Position numbers and translations under genes: made by a program
Assembly (NCBI RefSeq): GCF_001194135.2
Contig: NC_068992.1
Span: forward strand, 12,975,530 to 13,022,904
Length of the DNA: 47,375 nucleotides
DNA from: Octopus bimaculoides
Lineage: Eukaryota
Direction: 5' to 3'
In this document: positions 12,611 through 24,654 of the stretch, piece by piece
Layout of the letters: each line of letters starts with the position of its first letter
Numbering within the stretch: the stretch's first letter is position 1
Notes under the pieces: generated by a model
What the model saw: only the letters and a program-made list of their open reading frames with translations
Database searches by the model: none
Told to the model about the DNA's origin: nothing

Positions 12611-12914
12611 GTGAGGCGCAATGGCCCAGTGGTTAGGGCAGCGGACTCGCGGTTTCGATTCCCAGACCGGGCGTTGTGAGTGTTTATTGAGCGAGAACAC
12701 CTAAGCACCACGAGGCTCCGGCAGGGGATGGTGACGACCCCTGTTGTACTCTTTCGCCCCAACTTTCTCTCACTCGTTCTTCCTGTTTCTTGAGTAACGC
12801 TGCGATGGACTGGCGTCCCGTCGAGCTGGGGGGAACACATACGCTATAGAAAACGGGAAACCTGGCATATGAACCTGTCTATGCTTTGAAAGGGCGACGT
12901 TTATCGTTATTTTT
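12611..12914 (+). mobile_element. tRNA-derived SINE with the family A head and a different 3' body
   Basis: A box TGGCCCAGTGG and B box GGTTTCGATTCC. A perfect 13-bp target-site duplication TATTTAAATGTGT sits at 12598-12610 and 12915-12927. About the first 170 nt match the family A copies. Confidence 0.9.
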
Positions 12915-15480
12915 TATTTAAATGTGTATGTAACATCGTGGTAAGCTACTTGTCAACCACAATGACAATAACAATGACAGCAACATCAACGATGTTAATA
13001 GATTTCGAAATATGAATAAGTAAATAAACAAAACTGAACATACACCATTCATGCACATAAAAGGCTGCTGATGTAATAGGAATTCTTGTCTAATTACGTA
13101 ATTGTCTAATTACGTAAACCAACAATAAAATATTCGGGCGTTACATTTAATCAGGTATTGAAAAAGCGGTTGTAATAGAAAAGAGGTGCCGATTGCAAAT
13201 TTGTGTGAAAATCACTGGATTGCAGCTTTAATGAAAAGAATTCAAGTCGACGTTATTTCCTACGCTTGTACATCCAGTAATACATGTTTCCACGTTTTTT
13301 GTTCAGTTCTTTATTTGAATTTAAGGAGTTTAAAGCAGTTTCAGTGACTTCATAGCGGATTCACCTCTGCAATACGGAATATAGAGTATATAAATATGAC
13401 GGTGACATGTATGCGTTTCTCCATCACATTGATATCATAACGATAACAGCATATTTCCAAGTGAGATATGAAACTGAATGACGAACTCTCTACGTGGACA
13501 TGGCGTAACTGATACTACGAGTCCCAGACTCATAAAAAAATAAATATTTGTCATTTTATTTTCACTGGTAGTAAATCTAAAATTTTTCGATTTACTAAAC
13601 TTGTTGCTACCATCAGTCTATTCATAGATTTATAGTTCGATTTTATGCTGAACTGTAAACTTTCAGAATGTAGTTAACTGACAAACGGCAGTTAAGATAA
13701 TTTATTTTAAGTTGTAAAACAAAATATTTTACGATTAATGAGGTGAAATTAATTTGAGCTCAATTAAAATGTGTAATGTTCATCAATATGAATGTTTCCT
13801 TGACAAAGCCACATCAAATATTACGTGACCAAATCAATGAAGCATATACTAATTGTGACAGAAACATTTGACTATAATGATAATGAAATTTAATTGCTGA
13901 TGCTAAAAACGATACCAAGAGAAAATGATACTATGTTGCCAGTTCTCATTACTTAAATACCAAATTAGGAATTCCACAACTTATAAGTGTACGGTGTTAC
14001 GAGATACAAGGTAAAAATAATAACATTTTGAGGCATCTCTTCTTCGCATTTGTGTGAAATAGCTCTTGAATCGTTCATTCAGTGTATTGCAGTAAACAGC
14101 TATCAGTTCATTCTTGTGTCACAGTTCTTACATCCTTCGTATTCAAATCATATATCTTATAGTTATTTTCTTATTGCAGTATTGTCTATAACGACTTCTT
14201 TGTATGATACCACTTAGACATGGGTATAAGTTTAAAAACATCGGAATGTTGAAAGAAAGAGGATTGTTCATATACAGTGATCAGATATAGACTATGATAA
14301 ACCACTGGTAATAAAATTTATCTCTAATCATGATGCCAAGAATCTTTCAACTGAAATTCTTTCAATGATCAACTTTAAAAATTAACCAGACGTGCACTGT
14401 ACAATGAATTAGTCAGGTAACGTCATGGAAGAAAACGAGCACGCAATAGTATTACTGAAAAAAGCGCTTGTATATGAATGTTTACTGGGCATGTTCATGC
14501 ATACATGCACGCACACATACACACGAACACGCACATCCTCTCTCCATATATATATATATATATATATATATANNNNNNNNNNNNNNNNNNNNNNNNNNNN
14601 NNNNNNNNNNNNNNNNNNNNNNNNNNNNNNNNNNNNNNNNNNNNNNNNNNNNNNNNNNNNNNNNNNNNNNNNNNNNNNNNNNNNNNNNNNNNNNNNNNNN
14701 NNNNNNNNNNNNNNNNNNNNNNNNNNNNNNNNNNNNNNNNNNNNNNNNNNNNNNNNNNNNNNNNNNNNNNNNNNNNNNNNNNNNNNNNNNNNNNNNNNNN
14801 NNNNNNNNNNNNNNNNNNNNNNNNNNNNNNNNNNNNNNNNNNNNNNNNNNNNNNNNNNNNNNNNNNNNNNNNNNNNNNNNNNNNNNNNNNNNNNNNNNNN
14901 NNNNNNNNNNNNNNNNNNNNNNNNNNNNNNNNNNNNNNNNNNNNNNNNNNNNNNNNNNNNNNNNNNNNNNNNNNNNNNNNNNNNNNNNNNNNNNNNNNNN
15001 NNNNNNNNNNNNNNNNNNNNNNNNNNNNNNNNNNNNNNNNNNNNNNNNNNNNNNNNNNNNNNNNNNNNNNNNNNNNNNNNNNNNNNNNNNNNNNNNNNNN
15101 NNNNNNNNNNNNNNNNNNNNNNNNNNNNNNNNNNNNNNNNNNNNNNNNNNNNNNNNNNNNNNNNNNNNNNNNNNNNNNNNNNNNNNNNNNNNNNNNNNNN
15201 NNNNNNNNNNNNNNNNNNNNNNNNNNNNNNNNNNNNNNNNNNNNNNNNNNNNNNNNNNNNNNNNNNNNNNNNNNNNNNNNNNNNNNNNNNNNNNNNNNNN
15301 NNNNNNNNNNNNNNNNNNNNNNNNNNNNNNNNNNNNNNNNNNNNNNNNNNGTGTGTTATTATAAATGGCTTATAAACAACTTCCATGCTGCAATTGTTTT
15401 CGTTCCAGCACACGATCTCAGATCAGGTCACTTGTTATGCAAGTACATCTCCGTAATATATATATATATATATATATATG

Positions 15481-15680
15481 GGAGAATGTACGAAAAAACA
15501 ACAACAGACGAGGACAGGTGGTGTAAGCAACAAAAGGATGTATTAATATGACGCTCGGGAATACGGAAAGTCTTTAACGTTTCGAGCTACGCTCTTCAAC
15601 AGAAAGAATACGGAGACAAGGAGAAAAACACGGAGAAAATAAGTTGAATAGTGTTCAGTCAACGGTCAATCATAGTCCAA
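15481..15680 (-). mobile_element. Probable Penelope-like element terminal repeat fragment
   Basis: Carries a minimal hammerhead-like motif at 15571-15607, which is typical of Penelope pseudo-LTRs. Boundaries are approximate and no RT/GIY-YIG sequence is seen. Confidence 0.5.
15571..15607 (-). ncRNA. Minimal type I hammerhead-ribozyme-like motif with variant core
   Basis: Minus strand reads TCTTT CTGTTGA A GAG CGTAG CTC GAAAC GTT AAAGA. Stem I is TCTTT/AAAGA, stem II is GAG/CTC, and stem III is the palindromic AACGTT. The core is CUGUUGA rather than CUGANGA. Confidence 0.55.
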
Positions 15681-15689
15681 TATTATATA

Positions 15690-16130
15690 TAAGATGATAC
15701 TTCTGCTGATAGTATCGAATATCTTTGAGAAATCTACGAATATAAATGTTGACTTTTGCTTGGAGATTCTGAGCTATTCTAGGATATATTTAAGGGTAAG
15801 ATTTCAATCTGTCTCTCTTTGTTCTGATCGTTGAATAACGTTATGTAGTATTTGGTAGTAATTCGACCAAATTCATTGTTCTTAAGCAGTTTCTCTGTTT
15901 CCAGTAAGTAGAATTGTGATCTGAATATTTCAGTTTTGTATAGGCTACATCTGTGCACTGTAATTTGGTTTCTAGCGTAGAATTTTCTTGAAACTAATCT
16001 GGTTGAAATTTACCCATTTATGTTTCCATGGTATATTACTGGCAGATTTTGATGTCTTTCAAAGCACTAGTGCATTTATTGTGTCCTGTTACTAGGGAGA
16101 AATGTCAGCAGACTGCAGTTGCATCTGACT
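15690..16130 (-). mobile_element. Decayed non-LTR retrotransposon reverse transcriptase fragment, RTE-like
   Basis: Minus frame reads ETD*NLTLKYILE*LRISKQKSTFIFVDFSKIFDTISR, matching the RT motif ILTLRRIIE...FVDFSKAFDSI (FVDFSK at 15723-15740). An upstream frame gives TEKLLKNNEFG, resembling IEKILRKNQNGF. Stops and frameshifts are present. Confidence 0.75.
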
Positions 16131-17467
16131 TGTACTTCTGGTATATACACTTCAATTAGAATTAGAAATACACAGCTTTTGATAAAATTTCTCCGCATAA
16201 AAAATTCCAGCAATTGAAAGTTTCGGATCGAAAACTAAATTCGTCACGAGAGACAGTAAAATACATGGAAACTGAATGTGAATAACCGTTTAATAAAATC
16301 ATTCAGATGGTTTTAAATATAAAGGATGAAGAAATTTACTGAAATGCAATTCATTTTATATCCAAAGTTTTGAACAAATCAACGCGAAAGTACCTCAAAG
16401 TGAGCAATGTGGAATTAAATTCCTAGTGACATACTTATTAGGTTATGATACATAAGCACACTCAAACGGAGCATGATTGCTTTAACGAAGTATACTTCAC
16501 CATAGCTCTTCACAGATTTTCGTAAATAGTGTATGTCTAGCACTTAGTTAGCAATTCTATACAGTGAAAATGCTGTTAGGTTCAATATCATTCATGTTTT
16601 TAGACGTCAATTGCCTATGATCCTGCACAACATATAATTAAATGAACTCCAGTTTCAATTGTAATTTCGTTTCAGATATGGAGACAAAAGGATTCTATAT
16701 TAGTTAACGCTTACTTTTATTGTTAATATAATGGGGTTTTATTTGCGAGTAATTTAACTGCTATTTCTAGAAGTTCAAACAGTTTTATTTTCTGCCCTCA
16801 TTAAAAGGAGTTACACATTTTCTTTTTCAAATGCAAATAGATAATATTTAGTTCTGTGTTTCTTTCTATATTCCACGTTATCTGAATTACTCGTAATAAA
16901 CTGATATAAGTTATATTGATTCTAGAGACTTAAGTACCAACATTGACTCTCAATAAGTCTGTGCGATTAAATAAATCAGCAGAGAAACACAATTTGAACA
17001 AACACATCGGATTTAATCTTAAGCTCAGAATATAGAAGTGTTAAAGAAGACTGTAATGTACTTCACCATCCCTCTGCTGTTTGTATCAATTGATATTCTA
17101 AAGACTATTTCACAAATAGGCTAACCAGCTTTATCAGTATTTGAATAACAGAAAAAAAAAATGTGATTTCCTTGTCACGTAGTTATTTTATTTATTTATT
17201 TATCATGATATTACATTCAGGGAAACTAACTAAAATTGCTAGGCGTTTCAATCATCTTCCACCTTCATTTCTAGATTATTTTCACAAGTACAAAATGTGA
17301 TTTCGTGATTGAAATATAAGATTTATTGAGTAAATACCGAAGAGTTTTTATTCTTGTCGCTCCAATTTCGGAGTTCGAATCCCGCTTGTAACGACGTATT
17401 CTTTTATTCGTCATCTATCAATAAGATAACTAACCATAATATTGATACTTCCATTCTGTTCTATGAA

Positions 17468-17503
<36 letters not shown>

Positions 17504-19820
17504 ATTGATATGATGCGCATGTGAGATAAAACACTTTTCACTGGTTCAGACATACTGATATCGTAGTTTCTATTCAACGTATGCCTCTCTTATAAAAGTA
17601 TGCAAAATGTTAGTTCAATTTCTTTGCAGCTATCGCTTTGCTAAGACTGGCTTATTTGTGAAGCACCAGTCACATTCTGCTCGTGAGAATACAGTTCCGT
17701 TGAACAGAATGAAGAAACGCTAGCGCATCATAAAAATGTTTTACGGTGATTATTTCCGTATTTTACGATATGAGCTCAAATCCAACCGTGGCCAATTTAG
17801 TACTTCATATGACAGGAGGAGATAAAAGGTAATGCCGACGTGTTGTTGTTATTGATGTCATGGTCTGCACATACACCCCTTAAAATTACTAAATTTGGGT
17901 GTCAAGCAGAAACAGAGATAAGCAGAAATAACAACAGCATGCAGGTATAGAATGAACTGAGCACCGGTGATATCTTTTACTTCATGTATTTTATAGCTTT
18001 AAGATAAGAATTCAAACACACATAACAGTTCAGAAATGCGTGGTGCTGACTAGAAAGGAAGAAAAGATAAAGGTAGCTCTGTTCTGATTGGCTATATGCA
18101 AACGAGTTCGTTATTGGGATCTGGAACTCTTGTGGGAAAAACATCGAGTCCGGGACTGTAGTGGAAGACGGTTGTCCAAGCTGAAGACGCCAATCTGTGT
18201 AGCTGAATCCTGAACCATATGATTTAAAGTCAAGCTTCTTGCCCAACAAACACGCCTCCGTTTTCACACAGCCACGACTGGTATCGCTAAAATCCCAAAA
18301 TACGAATTTCATCTCTTATCCAGAAAGAGAAAGTAATCTATTTCACAGCTACATTAGATACACAGTACGTCATATAAATGAATGAGTTTCGTCAATTTTT
18401 TTCGGAACATTTATCTGTTATAGTTGCATGTAATTTTCGCTGTCAAAGGAATTCACGGTAGAAATTAGGAACATTTAATATTTAGCAAGGAAGTATATAC
18501 TTGAGGAGAAAAAATATCATGAGAATTACGTAAACGATTGTTTTGAGATATAGTGAAGTAGTAAAACAATATAGATTTAATTTACCATTACGTTTCCCAT
18601 ATATTTCGATTCGTATGCTAATAAAGTGGAAATGCAAAAGACGAGAGTGAAACAGAAAAATATAAATAACTGAGTAAACCATATGAAACATTAATAGTTA
18701 TGTTATATCAATTTGCGCATCGATTTACTATATCTTTCAAGAGTCTATAAAACTGAAAATAGTCAATTTAATTGTTTTCAGTGATTGACAGGAATTCTAT
18801 AACAAAAAATGAATAATAACAAACTTTCATGTACAATCAGTTTTACGAGTTTAACGTTTGTAAATGGACACTAGAAAAATCGTTCACAGAATCGGAGAAT
18901 AATATTATATCGATGTTTTGAACTTCTTTGAAACAATAGAAAAATTGTAAATGAATGAAAAACTTGAAATATTCATAGAAATATGTTTAAACAAAATGTA
19001 GTACATATAATTTTTTAGGGTTTTAAAGAATAGATTAACGTTAAAGAAGTTATGGTGAGGGAATAAATAAAATTCCATGCAATGAAAGTTCTTCTTTTTT
19101 TTAATATGCTGCAAATATGTAACATAAAATATATATTGCAGGAGCAGTGTGCCTATCTTCGTGTATGTGAAGATTGCTACAATTCTAAAGAAGGCTCATT
19201 AATAATTCTCTCTTCATATATTTTATACAGAATAAACAGCCAAAATAAACCCATTCACATTCTAATACCTCTTGCTCTCCGTGCACTCAGTACTAGAAGC
19301 TATTATAAAATAACATCTAATGTTAGCTCTTTTAAGATGGGAGAAATTTGCATTGCATAGAATACGATTAATACATTAAGCATTTAAGCATAAAATATGT
19401 TTATGCAATTATAACTTTCTTAGACCTTTACCACAGGTGAATTTTATAGCAGCTGTCAAGAAATTGTCCGCAGCTAAATCGAAAATGTATTATCTTTTGA
19501 AAGATATCCCAATGCGAAACAACAGTGATATTACGGATGTGTCCAACCTTCTATAAATATCGTAAATGCTCTCGAAAAAATAGGATACTTTCAAAAAGGT
19601 CTGTTACTATGACGATTAGGGCTAACTGCATAGGATCAAATCTTAAAACACGTAGATCTTTTCTGTCTATAATCTGCCTAAATGTTTCTTAATGGGGAAT
19701 AGTAGTTCAGAAGGTGATATTTTAGGTAAGGTATATTGAATTATATTCACAATGAAAATTCCAAGAACTAAAGCGATTAAACTGAAATCGAAAATCGAGA
19801 GAAATGTAGTTATTTCTCGT

Positions 19821-20020
19821 GCGATCTGGCGGAAACGATAGCACGCCAGGCGTAATATTTAGCGGCATTTCGTCTGCCTTTATGTTCTGAGTTCAGAGTT
19901 CGTGCGGGGCCGACTTTGCCTTTCATCTTTTCGGGGTCGATAAATTAAGTACCAGCTGCGTACTTGGGTCAATCTAATCGACTGTCCCCTTCCCATAAGA
20001 TTTGTGCCTAGAGTAGAAAA
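19821..20020 (+). mobile_element. SINE family B, near full length
   Basis: GCGATCTGGCGGAAACGATAGCACGCCAGGCG head, central GCCTTTCATCTTTTCGGGGTCGATAAATTAAGTACCAG, and tail TTGTGCCTAGAGTAGAAA. Confidence 0.85.
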
Positions 20021-20040
20021 AATATTCTTAATTATATACT

Positions 20041-20185
20041 GAGGCGGCGAGCTGGCAAAAACATTAGGACGCCAGGCGAAATACTCAGCGGTATTTCGTC
20101 TGTCTGAGTTAAAATTTTGCGCGAGGTCGATTTTGTCATTTATCCTTTTGGGGTCAATAAATTAGGATCGTTTCCTTTTGATCGG
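20041..20185 (+). mobile_element. SINE family B, 3'-truncated
   Basis: GAGGCGGCGAGCTGGCAAAAACATTAGGACGCCAGGCGAAATACTCAGCGGTATTTCGTC...TTTTGGGGTCAATAAATTA. Confidence 0.8.
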
Positions 20186-20342
20186 CACATCGATAAATTA
20201 ATTTTTTATGACTAAACACTTTCAAACGTCGGATACTGGTTGAATGTGTCATATAGAACATCTTTTACTCTTAGCTTTGTTGAGAAAAGTGTCCCAAGTT
20301 TCCAAGTTGTTTCGGGTTAAAGTTGTTGTATTTCGGTAATTT

Positions 20343-20462
20343 CAACCAATCAATGATGTCTATTGAGCTGAATAAAGTTACTGCTGTTGTTTATCAACAA
20401 CAACTTCCGGCGGTGTATATTTTGTTTGTCACTGTTATTTATGACATATTTCATCTCAGTTC
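20343..20462 (+). promoter_or_regulatory. Promoter-like motif cluster (CCAAT box, ETS site, initiator-like)
   Basis: AACCAATCA at 20344-20352, ACTTCCGG at 20403-20410, and TCAGTT at about 20456-20461. These are motif matches only. Confidence 0.3.
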
Positions 20463-21576
20463 CGTTCGTCTGAATAAACCATAACCGTTCGTGCATTTCT
20501 AATGCTTTTAGGTTTTTTTCCTGTCTTTCAGATATTATTTTCGGAAAGACATTCTCCCGTCCACCGCCACTCCCACATTTTCTCGGAAATTATTGTTATA
20601 TTTTTATTTTTTTGTTTTTGCTAAAAACCCAGCTTTTCGAATTCGGAGATTTCGGAAAATTGCCAACAATCCCCTTTATCCACCCCCTCCAATTTCTTCC
20701 TTTTTCATTTTTTTCCGTAACCCTAAACATAAAACCCCAATCGTATCCCTAATCCCAAAACCCTAACTGTAGGTAAAATCTGTATTTTAGAAATGACCCC
20801 CCCCCCCCAACGTATACGGAAAGCATGGCTAAACAGAAAAGAAAAAAAATTCTAGTCCATCATATACGGACAACAAGGCTAAAAAAATTATGTAGTCTTG
20901 ATCATTGTAGCTTTCTGAAACATCCCTGCACTGAATTTAGATTAGCATGTTATTTAGTAGGAAAACATATTTATTACTAAATGGGACAGATTCTATCTAA
21001 ATATTGTGTATTTTTCTACGGTACGAGGTATCAATAATAGTTTGGTATCTTCTCCACCTAGCTTTGAAACGTCCAGTAAGAGGGGAACAGAAGTTTGATG
21101 GTCAAAGCAATCATCCAAGAAACTCTAAAACTTTTCTATATTACTGAGTGCTTAAATGATGTTACGTCGTACATATTAAGTTTGCCGAGAGTTCGCTAAC
21201 ATTTTACCGCAATCGCACTTGAATTGCAAGGCTAAAACTTTACAGCCTCAGATCTCAAGATCTTTATCAAGTTTCGTTAATTATGGTATTCATTCCTCAG
21301 AAAATCCATTCTACGTTCTTTTATGGCGCACTATATTTCATCCATCCAGGCTCTGCATTTCCTATCTATTGTTATCTTTTCTTTGCTACCCTATTTGAAG
21401 GTAACTTCAATGATTTTCATTATTAAACTCTTTACCAATGCTTTTCAACAAGCTATTCAATTCTTTGGAATTTTATAACATAATGCAAGCAATAATAGAC
21501 GAGTCTCCCACATTTCCCCACCCACTCTCTCTTTTCCACTACTTTTTCGCCCGTCATACTCATAAGTTAGCTTATA

Positions 21577-21621
<45 letters not shown>

Positions 21622-21780
21622 ACATATATATATATATGCATATGTGTGTGTGTGGGGGCACGGGTTTGCATGATCATATAAAATTTGTATACATGGATAA
21701 ATGTGGCTATCTTTATGTACAAAGATGTTTGTGTGTGCGTTTTACCATGAGTATGTTTGTCTGTATGTTTGTAATTATGT

Positions 21781-21864
21781 ATGCATGTATTTATGTATGT
21801 ATGTATGTATGTATGTATGTATGTATGTATTTATTTATCTATCTATCTATCTATCTATCTATCT

Positions 21865-21919
<55 letters not shown>

Positions 21920-21934
21920 NNNNNNNNNNNNNNN

Positions 21935-21971
<37 letters not shown>
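21781..21971. repeat. Compound microsatellite (TATG)n-(TATC)n-(TC)n-gap-(TA)n
   Basis: Direct reading of adjacent arrays around the 15-nt gap at 21920-21934. Confidence 0.95.
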
Positions 21972-21974
<3 letters not shown>

Positions 21975-23019
21975 ATATCTTACTATCAGACATTATAATC
22001 TTATATTCTTCTTTTTATATTTCTGATATATTCTTTCCATAAATACAAATCTATTTCTATAAGAGCTTATTGCTTTAGCAAGTCTTTGTTCACAAAATAC
22101 TCTTTGCTTACTAAAGTGAATGATTTTTCGAAATTTCTCATATCTACATTGTTTTGTTCTCTCAAACATTCAGCTACTTGCAAGTTCTTAATCAAGAAAT
22201 ATCTATGTATCCTCCAGTTTATTTCTTTCAGCTTGTTTCTAAAGATAGCCAAAACAAACAACGTTGGTTATCGTATTTGAGTGAAAAGAGTTTGTCTTAT
22301 AATCTCTTCCACTATTTTACTAAATTGGACCACGAATAAACAAAATGAAGCGTAAAAGTTTATTTATGTTTTCTGTCTTAATGTAACGACTAAAATATTA
22401 AAATATAGAAGTATGTTAATTTATTTTTTGTTATATTTGGAAGTACAATATTAATGTGCTGTATAAACTGTTTTATCCTACATTTTCTTCTGTGTTTGTT
22501 TTTGAGGAGAATATGAAAAAAAAAAGGTCATAGAAGGTCATAGAACTGTGAATACTCACATCCTGTATCTTGCGGTTTACATTCAAGAATTTCTGTGTTG
22601 TACTTTAAAGATGTCGCATCGATGTTTATTTTCGCCCAAGGAGATAGCTTCCGGATTCGAATCATGAAGCTACTTTCATTTTTAACTATTTTTCTCCAAG
22701 ACAATCGTCAAAAAATTTTTTATGTATTAATCTAAATTCTTATGGTGCCAATTATACTTCGATAATATATAGAAAAAAATCAAAATCATAGTGGTTTTTA
22801 TGGGATTCTAACGAAGACGATCTAAAATTAAATGGAATCACGCACTGTTGTCAATAAACTTGGCGATATATTTCGTTGGCGTTCTGCGTCTTTATGTTAC
22901 CAACACCTAAAGATTTTAATAACATTATATTTTAGAGAAACACTAAATAACTGAAATTATGCAGAATTACCTAAGATTGAACTTGCATGCAGATCGGAGA
23001 AAATAAATACGGCGTAAAT

Positions 23020-23407
23020 TGTTGTTGTTGGTACTCGGTCGCTTACGACGTCGAGGATTCCAGTTCATCCGGTCAACGGAACAGCCTGCTCGTGAAATTA
23101 ACGTGCTAATGGCTGAGCACTCCACAGACACGTGTACCCTTAACGTAGTTCTCGGGGATATTCAGCGTGACACAGTGTGACAAGGCTGACCCTTTGAAAT
23201 ACAGGTACAACAGAAACAAGAAGTAAGAGTGAGAGAAAGTTGTGGTGAAAGAGTACAGCAGGGATCGCCATCATCCCCTGCCGGAGCCTCGTGGAGCTTT
23301 AGGTGTTTTCGCTCAATAAACACTCACAACGCCCGGTCTGGGAATCGAAACCGCGATCCTATGACCGCTAGTCCGCTGCCTTAACCACTGGGCCATTGCG
23401 CCTTCAC
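23020..23407 (-). mobile_element. tRNA-derived SINE, family A, full length
   Basis: Minus-strand A box TGGCCCAGTGG, B box GGTTTCGATTCC and (CAA)n tail. An 11-bp target-site duplication with one mismatch: ACGGCGTAAAT (23009-23019) and ACGGCATAAAT (23408-23418). Confidence 0.92.
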
Positions 23408-24654
23408 ACGGCATAAATATATATAAAACAAAAACATTACGTCAAACTACCTTTATACACAATCAAGCAAAATTATTTTTATTAATAGTAAATGAGAACG
23501 TGATTATAGGAATATTCTACAATTGAAATAACAAAACAATTTCCCAGTGGGGAAATGCAAATACGAAATACATTAATGCGACGATATCACTTACATTTTA
23601 TTATACCATACACATCATATATATGTATATAGGTATGTGTGTGTGTGCATGCCTCTATGCAGGCATACATACGCACACACACGTACACAGAAACCACACA
23701 CACATATGTATACATATATACGTTCATAAACACAAACATACAGGCATACATACATATATATATACATGCATATAGTAGAATCATTTTGAAATAGATTGTA
23801 ATGAAATGAACCACGTTGAAAATTTGGTAGTTATTTTCTTGATGAAACATAAGTATGATAATTACAATGCAATATCAAATATATTTAATGCGTTTCCCAT
23901 TTACGATTCTTCCTATTTTTAGATTACAAATAATATGACAATGATCTTGGATAAATACATGTGGAATGAGTTGAATATTTATTTATGGATGTCTGAATAC
24001 AATGCAAACATATTTACCAAAATTGCTAAGGGAACAAAGAGACACACACACGCATAAACACACACAAACACAGGCACACATGCACACATATGCATACATA
24101 CTTAGACGAAACAAACAAGCAGACACACACTGACACACGGAAGTCTCACTCAGGGCTAAAGAAGAAAGATGGATTTTTAATGTTTATATAAGGATTAACT
24201 AAAGTTTTGCATCATAAACACCCGAATTTCCACTCGATTTCAGCTAGTCTTCCATAAAAAACCTTGCGTAGGAATGTATATATGTATGATGATATATGTG
24301 TGTATGTCATGTTATGTATGTATGTATGTGCGTATGTATGCACGTTTATATATGTGCGTGTTTGTATTTGTGTGTATGCGCGTGTATGATGCGCGCTTAT
24401 AAGTGCGTGATTAATTACTTATGATATTCATTAGATTAAATATATTGGTCATTGTACCTCCCAGCGTTTTGATATTATTTTATATCGCAGAGCAGATTAT
24501 TGAGAATTTGGTTGAGATTATATGAAGAGAAACCTATATGTTTCAAATCCCCTCGTCTTAGTGGATAGTAAATGAATTACATTTCTATATTGCCTATATG
24601 CTTTACAGGCAATTTATAACTAAGCAAGTTATTTATTTATTTATTGCCCTGCAG

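Noticed and set aside
12611-12690. tRNA gene calls at the SINE heads (also about 1250-1326, 23330-23407, 29490-29569) and the lone B box near 17370
   Set aside because: No complete cloverleaf. The heads continue into SINE bodies, two with TSDs.
14409-15551. Long ORFs spanning N gaps (also near 1.4, 2.6, 7.3, 28.7, 30.4, 33, 39, 40.5 and 46 kb)
   Set aside because: Their length comes from N codons not being read as stops.
17902-17940. Signal-peptide-like starts MLLLFLLISVSA (minus, about 17.9 kb) and MMMQAYILFSFVLAI (minus, about 37.4 kb)
   Set aside because: Both hit an in-frame stop immediately with no donor site. T-rich DNA readily gives hydrophobic peptides.
19144-19200. EQCAYLRVCEDCYNSK as a FYVE-finger end
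   Set aside because: Only the short RVCxxCY pattern is present. There is no upstream zinc-finger exon or convincing donor, and another frame is equally open.
21022-21420. TA-CGAGG mariner-like TIR starts at 21022 and near 43559
   Set aside because: No matching second TIR or transposase motif could be found by eye.
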